Shown: piece by piece, positions 10,810 through 22,907 of the stretch
Position numbering within the stretch: the stretch's first letter is position 1
How the letters are laid out: each line of letters starts with the position of its first letter
Assembly (NCBI GenBank): GCA_030704615.1
Contig: CM060733.1
Location: forward strand, 10,664,001-10,728,000
DNA: 64,000 nt
Direction of reading: 5' to 3'
From: Takakia lepidozioides
Lineage: Eukaryota; Plantae; Bryophyta
Notes under the pieces: generated by a model
Database searches by the model: none
What the model was told of the DNA's origin: nothing
What the model saw: the letters and a program-made list of their open reading frames with translations, nothing else
Made by a program: the position numbers and the translations under genes

Positions 10810-13800
10810 ATGGGGTCGGGCAAGCCGAAGCGAAAGCGGAACGGCCCAAAAGATGATGATCCTGGTGAGCCCGATGGGGGCGACGTGTCACCGAGGCGGC
10901 CGTTTGAGGAAGCGATGCATGTTTCCGAAAACGAGGCCGCTCAAGAGCGGGAGGAATCCGAGGAGTCGGAGCCCGAGGAATCCTTGAGAGCTCCGACAAA
11001 CCAAGAGATGCCTCCCATGCCGGCAGCCTTTTGGGAAGGGTTGTTGGCGCAGTTTGGCGGGACGTTGAAAGACGTGTTGAAGGCGGCTAATGTCACTTCC
11101 ACTAAGGCAAAGTTTAAGGTGAAGTCTAAGGAACCTGGCACCTTCAAGGGCGTCCGAAATCGGAAGGCACTCACCACCTGGCTCCTGGAGCTAGAGCAGT
11201 ACTTCCGGGCGGCCAAATTGAGTGACGAGGATCGGGTGGAAGTGGCTCCCACCTATTTGAGGGGCTATGCTCAACAATGGTGGTAGAAACGCTGGTAGAA
11301 ACGCCTTCACGACCGAGGTCCAAGCCCGGAAACCTTGAACTGGAGTGGGTTCAAGGAATTGATGAAGAGACAGTTTGTGCCCCTCAACGCGTCCTGGCTT
11401 GCCCGGGACAAGATGAGGAATTTGAAGCAAACAGATGACATTCGGGGGTATGTCCAGGCTTTCAATGTGCTGTTGCTCGAAGTCGCGGACATGGCAGAAC
11501 CAGAAATGGTCTTCAACTTTGTGGCGGGACTGGACCCATGGGCCAGGCGGAAGTTGGAGGAGAAGCCACCCAAGACTTTGAACGAGGCAATTGAGAGGGC
11601 TGAATGTTTCTCGGATGTCCCTAGGGGTGAGAGACAAGGCTGAACCGGAAAAGAAGTGGGATAGGCCACGCGGCGACAATGGCACGTGGAAATCGAAGGG
11701 AGGGCCTTCACACGTCAAGGCGGCACCCGGTGCTTCGAAAGGAAAAGCGGGTGGAGCGGCTTATGGCGGACAGAAGGCGACCTTTGATGGAGTGTGTTTC
11801 AATTGCGGGGAGCCCGGGCACATGGCCAAGAAGTGCACGAAACCTCGACAATTGAACATGACTCGGGCAACCACGGAGCTGTCGAAAGATACCATCAGTC
11901 GCTTGGTGGAAGCGGTGGTCGCCAGGACTTGCAAGGTAGGCAACTATTTTTGTGAGTTGTATCAGGAAACTGACGCCCTGCGTAAAGGGAGTCAGTTATT
12001 GTTCGTGGATGGGATAATATCTGGAACTAACGTGTCGTTGTTGGTGGACACAGGAGCGTCGCACTCCTTCATGACGCCGGCGGCGGCGCGAAAGTTGGGA
12101 CTCCCGACAAGTGACGTGGGGGCCTCTATTGAGGTGCGTTCTGCCAAAGGAAACCACAGTTGGCGACAAGGTTGGCGTTTGATGTTCCTCTTCAACTGGG
12201 GAGTTGGGAGGGACGTGAGAACTTCACCATCTACGAGATCGATGGAGTGGATCTCATTTTGGGGATGACCTTTTTGAGCAAATCCGGAGCGGTCATAGAT
12301 GGCCGCAAGAGAGTAGTCACGCTGCCATGTGGGAATGGTGGCGAGGTCTTACGAGTGTCGGAAACGCCCAAATCCGTGGGAGGGCGAATAAACCTTCTGT
12401 CAGCAAGGGAGTGGGCCGTGGAGGAGGCACACGAGCCCCCGTTTTTGCTTTACATTAGAGAAGTGAAGGGAGAAGGCGATGGGGAGCCGAGCCCAGATTG
12501 GATCAAGGGGATTTTGGAGAAATACCAGGATGTGATGCCGGAGGATTTACCAAGCGGCTTGCCACCGCAAGAGGAGTTGACCACAAGATTGAGGTGATAC
12601 CGGGATCGAACCGCCTGCCAAGGCACCCTACCGGTTGAGCCACAGGGAGTTGGTCGAGCTGAAGACTCAGCTCAAGGATCTAATGTCAAAGGGATGCATC
12701 CGGCCGAGTAAGTCACCTTACGGAGCCCCGGTGCTATTCGCAGAAAAGAAGGATGGGACGCTGCGGATGTGTGTCGATTACAGGGCTTTGAATAAGGTGA
12801 CTATTAAAAACCGGTACCATTTGCCAAGGATTGACGACCTCTTCGACCGGTTGGCAGGAGCGAAGTATTTCAGCCGGATCGACTTGCGCTCCGGCTATCA
12901 TCAAATTCGGGTGGCGGAAGGAGATGAGGAGAAGACCAGGACAAGGTATGGTTCATATGAGTTCTTGGTGATGCCTTTTGGGCTCACCAATGCACCTGTG
13001 ACCTTTAGCACGCTGATGAACAGCCTTTTTCAGGAGTGGTTGGATGACTTTGTGATCGTGTACATCGACGACATCTTGGTGTACTCGAAAACAAAGGAGG
13101 AGCACCTGGAGCACCTCAAAAGGGTGTTCCAAAAGTTGCGGGAAGGGAAGCTGTACGCCAAAGCTTCAAAGTGCGAATTCGGGGTCACGAAATTGGAGTT
13201 CTTGGGGCATGTGATTACACATGATGGGATCAAAATGGATGACAGAAATGTGAGGACGATCTTGGACTGGGAGCCTCCGACTTCGGTCCCGGGAGTGCGA
13301 TCCTTCCTAGGACTCGCCTCCTATTACCGGAAGTATGTGAGAAATTTCGCCAAGATCGCGGGGCCGCTGTCGGACCTTCTGTGTAAATCCAAAGTCTGGG
13401 TATGGAACACATTTTGTGGCCAAGCTTTTGTTGAATTGAAGCAGCGGATGGCGGAAGCTCCAGTCTTGAAAATCCCGGAGTTCGATCGTCCATTTGAGAT
13501 TCATACAGATGCGTCGGACTTCGCGATTGGGGGTGTACTTATGCAAGATGGACGTCCAGTGGCTTACGAAAGTAAGAAACTGAATGAAGTGGAGCGACAG
13601 TGGCCGACGCACGAAAAAGAGATGAAGGCGGTGGTGCATTGCCTTGAGCTTTGGCGCCACTATGTTGGTTCCAACCCAGTGAAGGTGTTCACGGACAATG
13701 TCACAGTGAAGTATTTTGCCACGCAGCCCAAGTTGTCCCCAAAACAACTTAGGTGGCAAGATACTTTGACGGTGTTCGACGTGGATATCCAGTACAAACC

Positions 13801-15318
13801 GGGATGGGACAATGTGGTGGCCGATGCTTTAAGTAGAAAGTAGCAGCTCCTGTTGGTGTACAGGGGCGAGACGGCGCTCCAAAGAAGGCTTGCCGGAAGG
13901 ATGAGCTGGCGAAGTCCGTGATGCAAGACTTGAGGATGGGGGTTAAATCGCAGTTCCACTTGCAAAATGGACTGCTCCGGTATAAGCAAAAGCGCCTCTA
14001 CATGCTGAAGGGAGGGATCAGAGATAGTCTCTTGAGAGAATGCCATGATGGCCCGCTTGCGGGCCACGGCGGAGCCAAGCGCATCGCGGCACTCTTGAAG
14101 AAAGAGTATTTCTGGCCCAAACTCAGGGAGGAGGCAGAGGAGTATGTCAAGACATGCACGACATGCCAACAAAACCGGAGCGAGTACAAAAAGCAAGCGG
14201 GGCTATTACAGCCCTTGCCGATTCCAGAGGGGACTTGGGAAAGCGTCTCGATGGATTTCATGACTGCTATGCCGCTGTCAAAAGGATTCGATGCAATCAT
14301 GGTGGTGGTGGATAGGTTCAGTAAAATGGGCCATTTCATCCCCACCAAGGAGACGGCAACGGCGCAGGAGACAGGACGACTTTACTTCGCCAACGTCTTA
14401 AAGCATCATGGAGTCCCGAAGGATATTGTCTCGGACCGCGATCCAAAGTTTACGAGTAAATTTTGGAGGACACTTTGGAAGAAGATGGGGACGAGGCTGA
14501 AGATGAGCACCGCCTTCCGACCTACGACCGACGGCCAAACGGAAAGAGTGAATTCCGTAGTGAAGCAGATCTTGCGGAATTACGTGTCGGCAGACCAATC
14601 AGACTGGGTGGAACACTTAGACGCGGTAGAGTTCTGTTATAATAACACATAACACTCCGCAACGGGAGTTTCCCCTTTCGTATTGGTCTATGGAAAAGCA
14701 CCTCTGGTGCCGACAAGTTGGGCCACCCAGGACGTTGAGGAACCGGCAGTAGCGGCGGTACTGGAAGAACGCGAGCGTTTGTTGAAGCTCGCAAAGTACA
14801 ACATTGCCAAAGCTAGGAAACGGTATGAAAGGCAGGCGAATTGGAAGCGGAGGGAAGTGAAGTTTGAGGCAGGCACGGAGGTCTGGTCGAACATCAAGAA
14901 TTTCCGACTACCTCCGGAAGTGAGTCCAAAATTCGTACCTCCGTATGCGGGACCATTTCGCATCCGGAAGGTTATGAATGAGGATGTGTATGAATTGGAG
15001 CTGCCGGCAAACAGCAAGGTGCACCCAGTATTCCACGTTTCCCTTTTGAAGCCTTACTTCAAAGATGAAGCGCGTCCGAATCGGCATCAAGTGTTGCGTC
15101 CGCCACCTGTGCTGTTGGATCATGAAAATGAACCTGAGTACGAGGTGGAGGCAGTACTTAAGTCGAGGAGGTTCAAGAACCGAGAAACGGAGTATCTCGT
15201 CAAATGGAAGGGCTATCATCATGTGGAGGCATCTTGGGTGCGTGCCTCAGAAATGGGAAACGCATCCGAGGCGGTTGCAGTTTTCGAAGGGCGACCTCAA
15301 AAGCGGAAGAAGCGTTGA
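10810..15318 (+). pseudogene. gag-pol of nested chromovirus with C-terminal chromodomain (several stops and frameshifts)
   Basis: CFNCGEPGHMAKKC knuckle, LVDTGASHSF protease, [19 protein letters not shown] RNase H, HHCC and DDE integrase, GPF, chromodomain EYEVEAVLKSRR...YLVKWKGY...SW, basic tail KRKKR. Confidence 0.93.
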
Positions 15319-16223
15319 TGGGGACATCAACCTTGGAGCGTGGGGGAGGAAATGCATGCTTAGCCCGGTTTAGCTAGCTCAGGAATCCGATTGCAAAAAC
15401 TTGTATTGTACAAAAAAATTTGTTATAAAAGAAATGGGTTCCAAATGTTGTGTGTCCTATTTTGTTTGGAATGGTGATGCATGGTGTGGTTGGCTAGTGT
15501 GTAGAATGCATGCTAGCTTACAAAAGTGGGAGAGGTAAATTGGGTTAATCGTGTGTTTGCGCAGTGCCGAAATCGGGTGACTCCCATCCAAGGGGCAAGG
15601 AAACATGCGCCTTCTTTGGGAGTTCACGTGCTAGTGCGCACCTGGCGCGTGCGCGTACTATAACTGTGCTACCGAGGTGGTTGCCTTGTAGTGCGGGCTA
15701 ACACGGAAACTATGTGCTTCCGTTCACGTACTATAATCGTGTAGCCTCGGGACGAAGTCGTAGTGCGGCTTCGACGTGTTCCCGTACCTCAGGCCAGCAT
15801 TCCAAGACGGACCCAATTGTAGTGATTGGGGCGCACAGTTGGTTCAAGGTTATCTTCCTAGTCAAAGGGGGTTCGAGGTGAACCCTTGCGCAAAGTGATG
15901 CCAAAAGCGGCATCAGGAGCGATCGCAAGCAATGTTGTTGCAGTAAGGCGATTCGATCCTCGGGGAGGATCGTTCCTTGACCTTGAAGAAGGCCAAGAAG
16001 AGTGCACTGGGAGGAGCTTGAGAGGCTCCACCCTTGGCCGGGACTTGGAGGAAGTCAGCCGAACTAGCTAGTGGAGAGTAGAGTCAAGTATGGGGTTTGG
16101 TTCTTTGCCATGGGACGCCGTACGGAAACAAACTCCTTGATGTGGGACGCCACAACTTGGATGTTCGTTTCTACAAAATGGACAAGTCGATGAGGACATC
16201 GACTCCCTGTTGGTAGGGGTGTG

Positions 16224-16950
16224 TGTCGCGGCCCTTTGCCTTGAGGGCAGGGGGTCGGGACACATGAGGGGCTGCCCCTGTGGTGGGGGCAGCGGCAGCG
16301 ATAGGTATGGGGGGCTGAAGCACCCTTGAGTGCCCAAGGCACTCAGGGAAGCGGAGGCGCTCACTAGGTGGAGCCCCGCACACCGGGTTGCGGTGGGGGT
16401 GGCTCCACAAGGGGTGGTGGTAGCTTAGCGGGACTTAGTGGGGGTGGCATAGGACTCACCATGGGGGCGGAGACCTCGTGGTGGGAGTCGTGGGGAGTCT
16501 TGGGACTCATCACGGTCCATAGGGGCCGTGGTGAGTGGGCCAAGACTCACCGCGACTCATCACCGGGAGTCGAGGGTTTTCGTGGTGGTTTGCCATAAAA
16601 TGGCATGGATGGTTGTGAAACCCCCGCGGACAGCTACATAAGTATATATAGGGAGTAGTAACCCCGAGAACGGTGCAAGCCCGTTGGTGACCAAAAACTA
16701 GTGAGTAAGTGAGCGAGCCGGAAAGCGACCAAAGAGTGGGGAGCTGTTCCGGACTGCCAACTACCAAAGGGAATTCCCGCTGGTTCCAAATCGGTGGAGG
16801 GTTCTTTGGGAGAACAAAGGGGGACCGTTATGCCCCGGTGAGCAGCCGAAGCTCCAAGTTGGCCCGGCGGCCAGGTTGGGAGTCAGGCGCCCGCATCAAA
16901 GCGAGTAACTATGACTTGAGGGGGAGCTTACCGAAGTGAGGTGCGCAACA
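16224..16950 (+). repeat. 3' LTR of nested chromovirus (727 bp)
   Basis: Direct repeat of 10053-10754. Preceded by G-rich PPT-like TGGTAGGGGTGTG (16211-16223). Confidence 0.96.
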
Positions 16951-16955
16951 ATTGG

Positions 16956-19865
16956 GAACCAGATGTTGGACCTACAGTCACCGGAGGAGAGAGACGGATG
17001 ATCCAGCGATTTCTAAGGGCTTATAGAAATTGCTTTGCCTTCAGTTTGAAGGATTTGGGGAGTTTGAAGGGTCAGGAGATTCGTATTGATTTGGCAAATG
17101 ACATGTCAATCTTTCGAAGGCCCTACCGGTATAGTGACATGGAAAGGTCATTGATCCAGTCACGGACTATGGAGTTGTTCGAAGCTGGATTGGTGGAGTT
17201 GTCAGGCAGGGAGTATGCCTCGGCAACGGTGATGCCAGCTAAGAAGGATATCTATGGCAATTGCACAGAAAGAAGGATGTGTGGAGACTATTGTCCTGTG
17301 AACCATCAGACTAAGTCCGATAGATATGCCATGCCAACTCCAGAGGAGATCTTTGATGCTATTGGGCATGCAAAGGTGTTTAGCACATTGGACTTGCGAT
17401 CCGGTTACCACCAGTTGCCAATCAAAGAGGCTGACAAGCAAAAGACGACATTCTGGGGGATTGACCAACATGGGAAGGATTGTTTGTACCAATGGCGGTT
17501 CTTACCGTTTGGGTTGAAGAATGCTCTTGCAGAGTTTCAGAGGGTCATGGATAGGATTCTCGCGGGGCTAGACCTCGCGCCGGTGCTACATTGATGACAT
17601 CATCGTCTTTAGTGCTACGGTTGAGGAGCATGAGAGATACCTTCAGGTGGTGTTTGAGCGCTTGAGAGCGCACGGGTTGAAACTGCACCCCGGAAAGTGC
17701 AAGTTCTTCCACAATCAGATTGAGTATTTGGGCCACATGATAAACCCTGGAGGATTGGGTGTTCAACAGACAAAGGTGGAGGCCATTGCATGCATTCCAC
17801 GCCCCATGGATGTGAGCAGAGTTCGTGCTTTCATGGGATTGGCAAACTACTATCGACGGTGAGGAGCAGGAGGAAGCCTTTGAGGAATTCAAGGCTCGAT
17901 TGACTTCTGCGCCTATTCTGAGGCGGCCTATTTGGGGGCAGCCTTTCCAGCTACATACGGATTGGAGTATGCTGGGGATTGGAGCAGTGCTCACACAAGT
18001 GGATGATGAGGGAAGAGAGTTCATAGTGGCATATGCTAGCTGCTCGAACAATGATGCCGATGCGAAGTATAGTTTCTATGAAGGGGAGTGTCTAGCTGCG
18101 GTATGGGCAGTGATACATTTTAGATGCTACCTCTATGACAATCTCTTCACCCTTGTCACAGATCACCAATCATTGAAGTGGTTGATGGAGTGAGACAAGC
18201 TTATAGGGAAGCTTGCACGGTGGGCACTTATGCTTCAAGAGTACGACTTCTAGATGGTGCATCGAGCCGGTATTGTCAATCGGGATGCAGATGGATTGAG
18301 TCATAATCCATGCATGAGCAAGCATGATGATACTGGAGCTCGGTGGCATGGTGAGACAAATGAGGAGATGGTGCCAGGATGACATGCATCGGCCTTTTTG
18401 TGCATTCCAGCAATTGGAGCTCAAGCTGGTTCATCCCATGCGATTGGTCATGTAGATAGCGTGCATGACGATCCAGAGACTAGTGAGGAGTTTGGTGGTG
18501 CTAAGGATGTGGATGCACTAGTGTTGGCATACCTTCGTACCGGAGAGACAACAGCCAGTGTGACTGCTAAGGAGAGAGATCGGGTCCTACAACGAGCCAA
18601 GAGGTTCAAGTGGGAGGGGACTCACCTACTCCGGGTATGGGAGGATGGACGAGTGAGGATTGTGCCTCATCCAACACAACGAGCGCGATTGGTACTCCAT
18701 GCCCATGAGGAGTTATGACATTTTGGGGTGCGACGCACTCATAGTTTACTGCAAGGGCAGTATTGGTGGCGGGGCATGCACACGGATGTGCAACAGTTAG
18801 TGTCAAGGTGCATGGTGTGTGATAGAGTGCGGGCTTCTTTCAATACCCCTACTCCACAATTGCATCATTTACCCACTATGGGTTTGGGCTATCATTGGAG
18901 TCTTGACTTCGCAGGCTCATTGCCATTGACGATTCGCCATAACAAGTATGTGCTGGTGATGGTGGAACACTTCTCCAAATGGATTGAACTGGTAGAATTG
19001 CTTGACAAGGCAAGTGAAGAGGCCGCGTATGCATTCTAAGCTCGAGTGCTTAGCCATTTTGGTGCTCTAGCCGAGGTACTCACGGACCAGGGGAGAGAGT
19101 TCTTGGGGGAGTTTCAGGTTTTGTGTAAGCAAGCCTTGATAGATCACCGCACTACTTCTCGGGATCATCCCGAGGCTGATGGCTTAGCGGAGAGAGTTGT
19201 TCAGACAGTCAAGAGAGGTTTGTGCAAGTACGGTTTGCAGAAGGGACACCTAGGAGATTGGGACCTTCAGCTGCCTTGGCTAGCTATGGGCTATAGGTTC
19301 AGCAAACAAGCTTCACTTGCCTCATTCTCACCTTACTTTCTTCTCTTCGGCCAAGAGCCGGATTTATCTGCATCTATTTGTAGGGAGGCTGCAATAGTTC
19401 TCAACCTTGATGATCCGGATGTGTGGACACAAGCATGTGCCCAGCGGGCAGAGTTGTTCAAGAGAGTCATGCCTATGGCTTTTGAGAACCTTGCTATTGC
19501 CCAACACCGAGACACATTGAGGTACGCCATTATACGTGGAGGGGGATATCGGCCAAGTGTTCGGCGTTTCCACCCTGGGGACTATGTGTATCTGCAGCAG
19601 ACAGCGCCTACGACCTTGGATGTCACAACAGGACGTGTGATTCTAAGGGTCAGGGAGATGTTGCCTTCAGGAATGTTGATTTTGGAGGGTCGAGACGGCA
19701 TGGTATGGAAGGACCATGTGCGCAATTGTGCGCCATGTCACCTTCCACATGTGGATGGAAGGATAGATCCCAACCTTGTAGTGGTACTTGCAGGGTTGCG
19801 TTGCATGTTCTGTGGGCATGCTGGTGGTGCCGCAACCATGTTGGTGAGTGACAAATGCTCAAGCA
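16956..19865 (+). pseudogene. pol: RT-RNase H-integrase-PHD portion of outer element pol
   Basis: [28 protein letters not shown] (about 17587). RNase H LHTDWS...YEGECLAAVWAV...VTDHQSLKWL. Integrase H-x3-H...C-x2-C, LDFAG, TDQGREF, ADGLAER. Terminal CMFC-x7-MLVSDKC, cut off at about 19862. Confidence 0.92.
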
Positions 19866-20650
19866 AAATTGGATAAAGCTAGGTTTTGATTTGGTCAAAC
19901 CAATTTCTTTCTCACTTCTTTTTTGGGACCTGATATTTGAGGTCCGGGCCAATGCTATAGTCTCACAATTTCCACGGTGGACTTGGCTCATTTTTTGTTA
20001 TGTCATGCATAAATGAGCTGGGTCCATTGCTATAAGGCTGGAATCTCTGGATGATTTTTGGTAGGTTTCTAGGGGCAATTTACTGCAGCTGGGTACCCAA
20101 AATTGGTAAAGTGTCAAAAAAGGGCTTGGGAACTTGAGGGTTAATAAGGTAGAACGTGCATTCAAAAGCAGACTATATTTGAATTGGCCATTTGATCTAT
20201 TGAAATTGACCATTTCGAACCCCAAACCTAAACATACATTCGGTGGTATCGCAAAGTAGAGCTGTTACAGGCCTTCTTCGTACTGGTCGAGCATTGAATG
20301 CTATGGATCAGGCTGATACCCGACTGGTAGGGTAGCTTGATACCTGAACAAATGTCCGGGTTCAAACCTGGGGTTGGACCCAATACCAGACCAGTAACTT
20401 GCTCTTTGCCCTTGTCCATACGCTCTCCTACAATGCACATACATATATACCGACACTCGCTTCGTAATCTCTGATACATAATTCATATACTTACATCCAA
20501 CACAAACCGAACTGAACTGACGTACTCCTTCGCTTCTATTTAGAGTAGGTATTAGTGGCCGGCACTCCGAAATCAGGCCCAAATGAATCACCCCGAACTT
20601 CAGAGTGGTTTCGAAGGTGCACACTTTGTGAGTCACTCCTTCCATGGGAG

Positions 20651-21167
20651 CGCAAAAGTATCACATCTTTCTCCAAGGGGCAATGCAGGTTTGCATGCAC
20701 GTCTCGGAATGCGTTTTCTCGTACGCAAAAGTATCACATCCTTTCTCCAAGGGGCAATGCAGGTTTGCATGCATGTGTCGGAGTGCGTTTTCTCGTACGC
20801 AAAAGTATCACATCCTTTCTCCAAGGGGCAATGCAGGTTTGCATGCACGTCTAGGAATGCGTTTTCTCGTACGCAATAGTATCACATCCTTTCTCCAAGG
20901 GGCAATGCAGGTTTGCATGCACGTCTAGGAATGCGTTTTCTCGTACGCAAAAGTATCACATCCTTTCTCCAAGTGGCAATGCAGGTTTGCATGCATGTGT
21001 CGGAGTGCGTTTTCTCGTACGCAAAAGTATCACATCCTTTCTCCAAGGGGCAATGCAGGTTTGCATGCATGTGTCGGAATGCGTTTTCTCGTACGCAAAA
21101 GTATCACATCCTTCCTCCAAGGGGCAATGCAGGTTTGCATGCATGTCTCGGAATGCGTTTTCTTGTA
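20651..21167. repeat. 74-bp tandem satellite, 7 copies
   Basis: Unit CGCAAAAGTATCACATCCTTTCTCCAAGGGGCAATGCAGGTTTGCATGCA(C/T)GT(C/G)TCGGA(A/G)TGCGTTTTCTCGTA starts at 20651, 20724, 20798, 20872, 20946, 21020 and 21094. No unique spacers. Confidence 0.97.
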
Positions 21168-22379
21168 GGGGGACGCCACCTCACCCAAGTCTGTTGATGC
21201 TTTAAGCTTTTCCTCTGAGGGGATGCATCCTCACCTGAGGCACTTTAGACACAGCGGCCCAAATCACTTTGGGCGCTCTTTGCAGGTACTTGTTAAAATA
21301 ATGTGGCAAACTTTAAACTTCTGGCCGCTCCACAAAGTTAGAGCTGTGTTTGTTGTGCATGTAAAGTTAGCTGTCTCTCTCTCTCTCCAAGGGCTATGTT
21401 CCCCGCATGACTGTGTTAATGACGTAGCGGATGTTGGGTCAAATCCATTACACGAACTACGAAGATGAACTGTAGGCAAGATGTATGTACAATCATGTAT
21501 GGGCAGGTATAATTTGTTGCGTGATTGTTGAACATTTATCTCCCCTGAATCAGTTTTTTCACCCAGTTTGCCATCCCATTCCTCAACCCACTACCTCCAT
21601 GAACATGCTTTGTCACCCCAAAGTATTGAAGTTCAGAAGATTCACGATTCATGAATATGCTCCCAGTCTTTCAATTCCCAGCCGCGCACTCTGCTCAACT
21701 GACTCTCAAAACAAAGTGAGATAGACTTGTAAATTGCGGGTCTCATATTGATTGAAATGCAGAGGCTTCACCCGTATTCTGCAGCGCATGCGCCAGCAGA
21801 CTCTTGTATTAAGAAGAGATGCCAAACCTGGTCTCCGTGTTGAGCTCATCCTCTCCGACACATGACGGTGCACTGCAAGCTGCTGGCCACAGACCCTTAC
21901 GGAAGCGTTGATTATCAGCGCTCTTTGGTGAGGCAGCACGCCGGGTGCCGGCAGGGGCTTGGCTGCGGCTTGGCTGCTCCCGCCCTTCAAGACTCTTTTT
22001 TTAAAATAAATAAATAAATAAATAATTTTAATTTTAATGTTTCCAATAAAACCAGAAGCAGGCCAGTTTCCTTTATAGAATGAAAATAAAAAATAAAAAA
22101 TAGAAACAAGCCTCAAACAGCAATTGGCTCTCTTGCTTTGCTTTGGCACAACATAAGAGGAAGGTAAGACTAGGGATCATGACTCAGCACAACACACCAA
22201 TCAGCGCCTTGACACGGTGTAAGGTACTTTGACCACATTTTCTCCGTTGACTTGCATGTCTCCGCAAAGTCTCTCTCTACAAGACAGCCAACAAAAACCA
22301 GGGGGGAGTCAGGAGGACAAATTTGAGGAGATTGCGGAGCAGTTCTCGGAACCACAGGGCAGGACACCCCCCATGTTAA

Positions 22380-22907
22380 CCCTTAAAGGACAAGTGGCCC
22401 GTTTTGGGCCTTGCAGGAAGGGAAAAATGCAATAACTGTTTTGTTTTTTAATCAATTTTGCCTAGAATTCGAGTATGTTGTTCCTTGCCAAGTGTAGGAT
22501 CCTGCTATACAAAAATCCAAAATTCTGGAATTGAAATATAATTGTTCTATAAGCAGTGTCTTCTGAGGTCGGCCTTTATGGCACTCAGTCGACGTTATTT
22601 TTTCCTCTTGTACCCCGGCCTAGCCGCGTTCCTTTTAATATGAGTTCAGGGGCCTCTGTTCCCTTTTCTCTTAAATATATATACATATATATATATAAAA
22701 TAATTTGCCGTACGTTCTCAGATTTTGCCCCCAACACGCAACGGTGGCATTTCCTGGATTTTCGCCTGATTGGCCTGAAATTCCATCTGTATGTGCAGCT
22801 AGTAGTTGAATTTGAAGATTTTTTCTTTCCAGGGAGATATGGCAGAATTTCGCCATCTGGGTGTGGTTTTGGCACAACCCAAAAAAAAGTCACTTGTCCT
22901 GTAAGGG
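22380..22907. mobile_element. piggyBac-type non-autonomous element (MITE), 528 bp
   Basis: TTAA on both flanks (22376-22379, 22908-22911). TIRs CCCTTAAAGGACAAGTGGC and GTCACTTGTCCTGTAAGGG match at 17 of 19 positions. Confidence 0.85.

Larger units (their letters stand above)
10053..16950 (+). mobile_element. Full-length chromovirus (Ty3/Gypsy, Galadriel-like) nested in the outer element
   Basis: Two TG...CA LTRs, 5-bp TSD ATTGG (10048-10052 and 16951-16955), PBS TGGTATCAGAGC, and gag-PR-RT-RH-INT-chromodomain. The clade call rests on motif resemblance only. Confidence 0.96.
3861..19865 (+). mobile_element. Decayed Ty3/Gypsy LTR retrotransposon carrying a DNA cytosine methyltransferase and a PHD finger; 3'-truncated and split by a nested chromovirus
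   Basis: Collinear gag (5918-7160), protease (about 7950), C5-MTase (8666-9600), RT/RH/INT (16956-19560) and partial PHD (19802-19861). RT-RH-INT order is Gypsy-type. Frame is continuous across the nested insertion (EDNW|EPDVG). Confidence 0.9.

Noticed and set aside
10810-15318. Nested chromovirus as non-autonomous at the time of insertion
   Set aside because: The handful of stops and frameshifts is compatible with post-insertion decay given about 1.4% LTR divergence. It cannot be distinguished without other copies.
20311-20380. Functional tRNA gene
   Set aside because: The T-arm and B-box are present, but the acceptor and anticodon stems do not pair convincingly.
20651-21167. CRISPR-like appearance of the regular repeat
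   Set aside because: Units are contiguous with no unique spacers, there are no cas genes, and the context is eukaryotic. It is a satellite.
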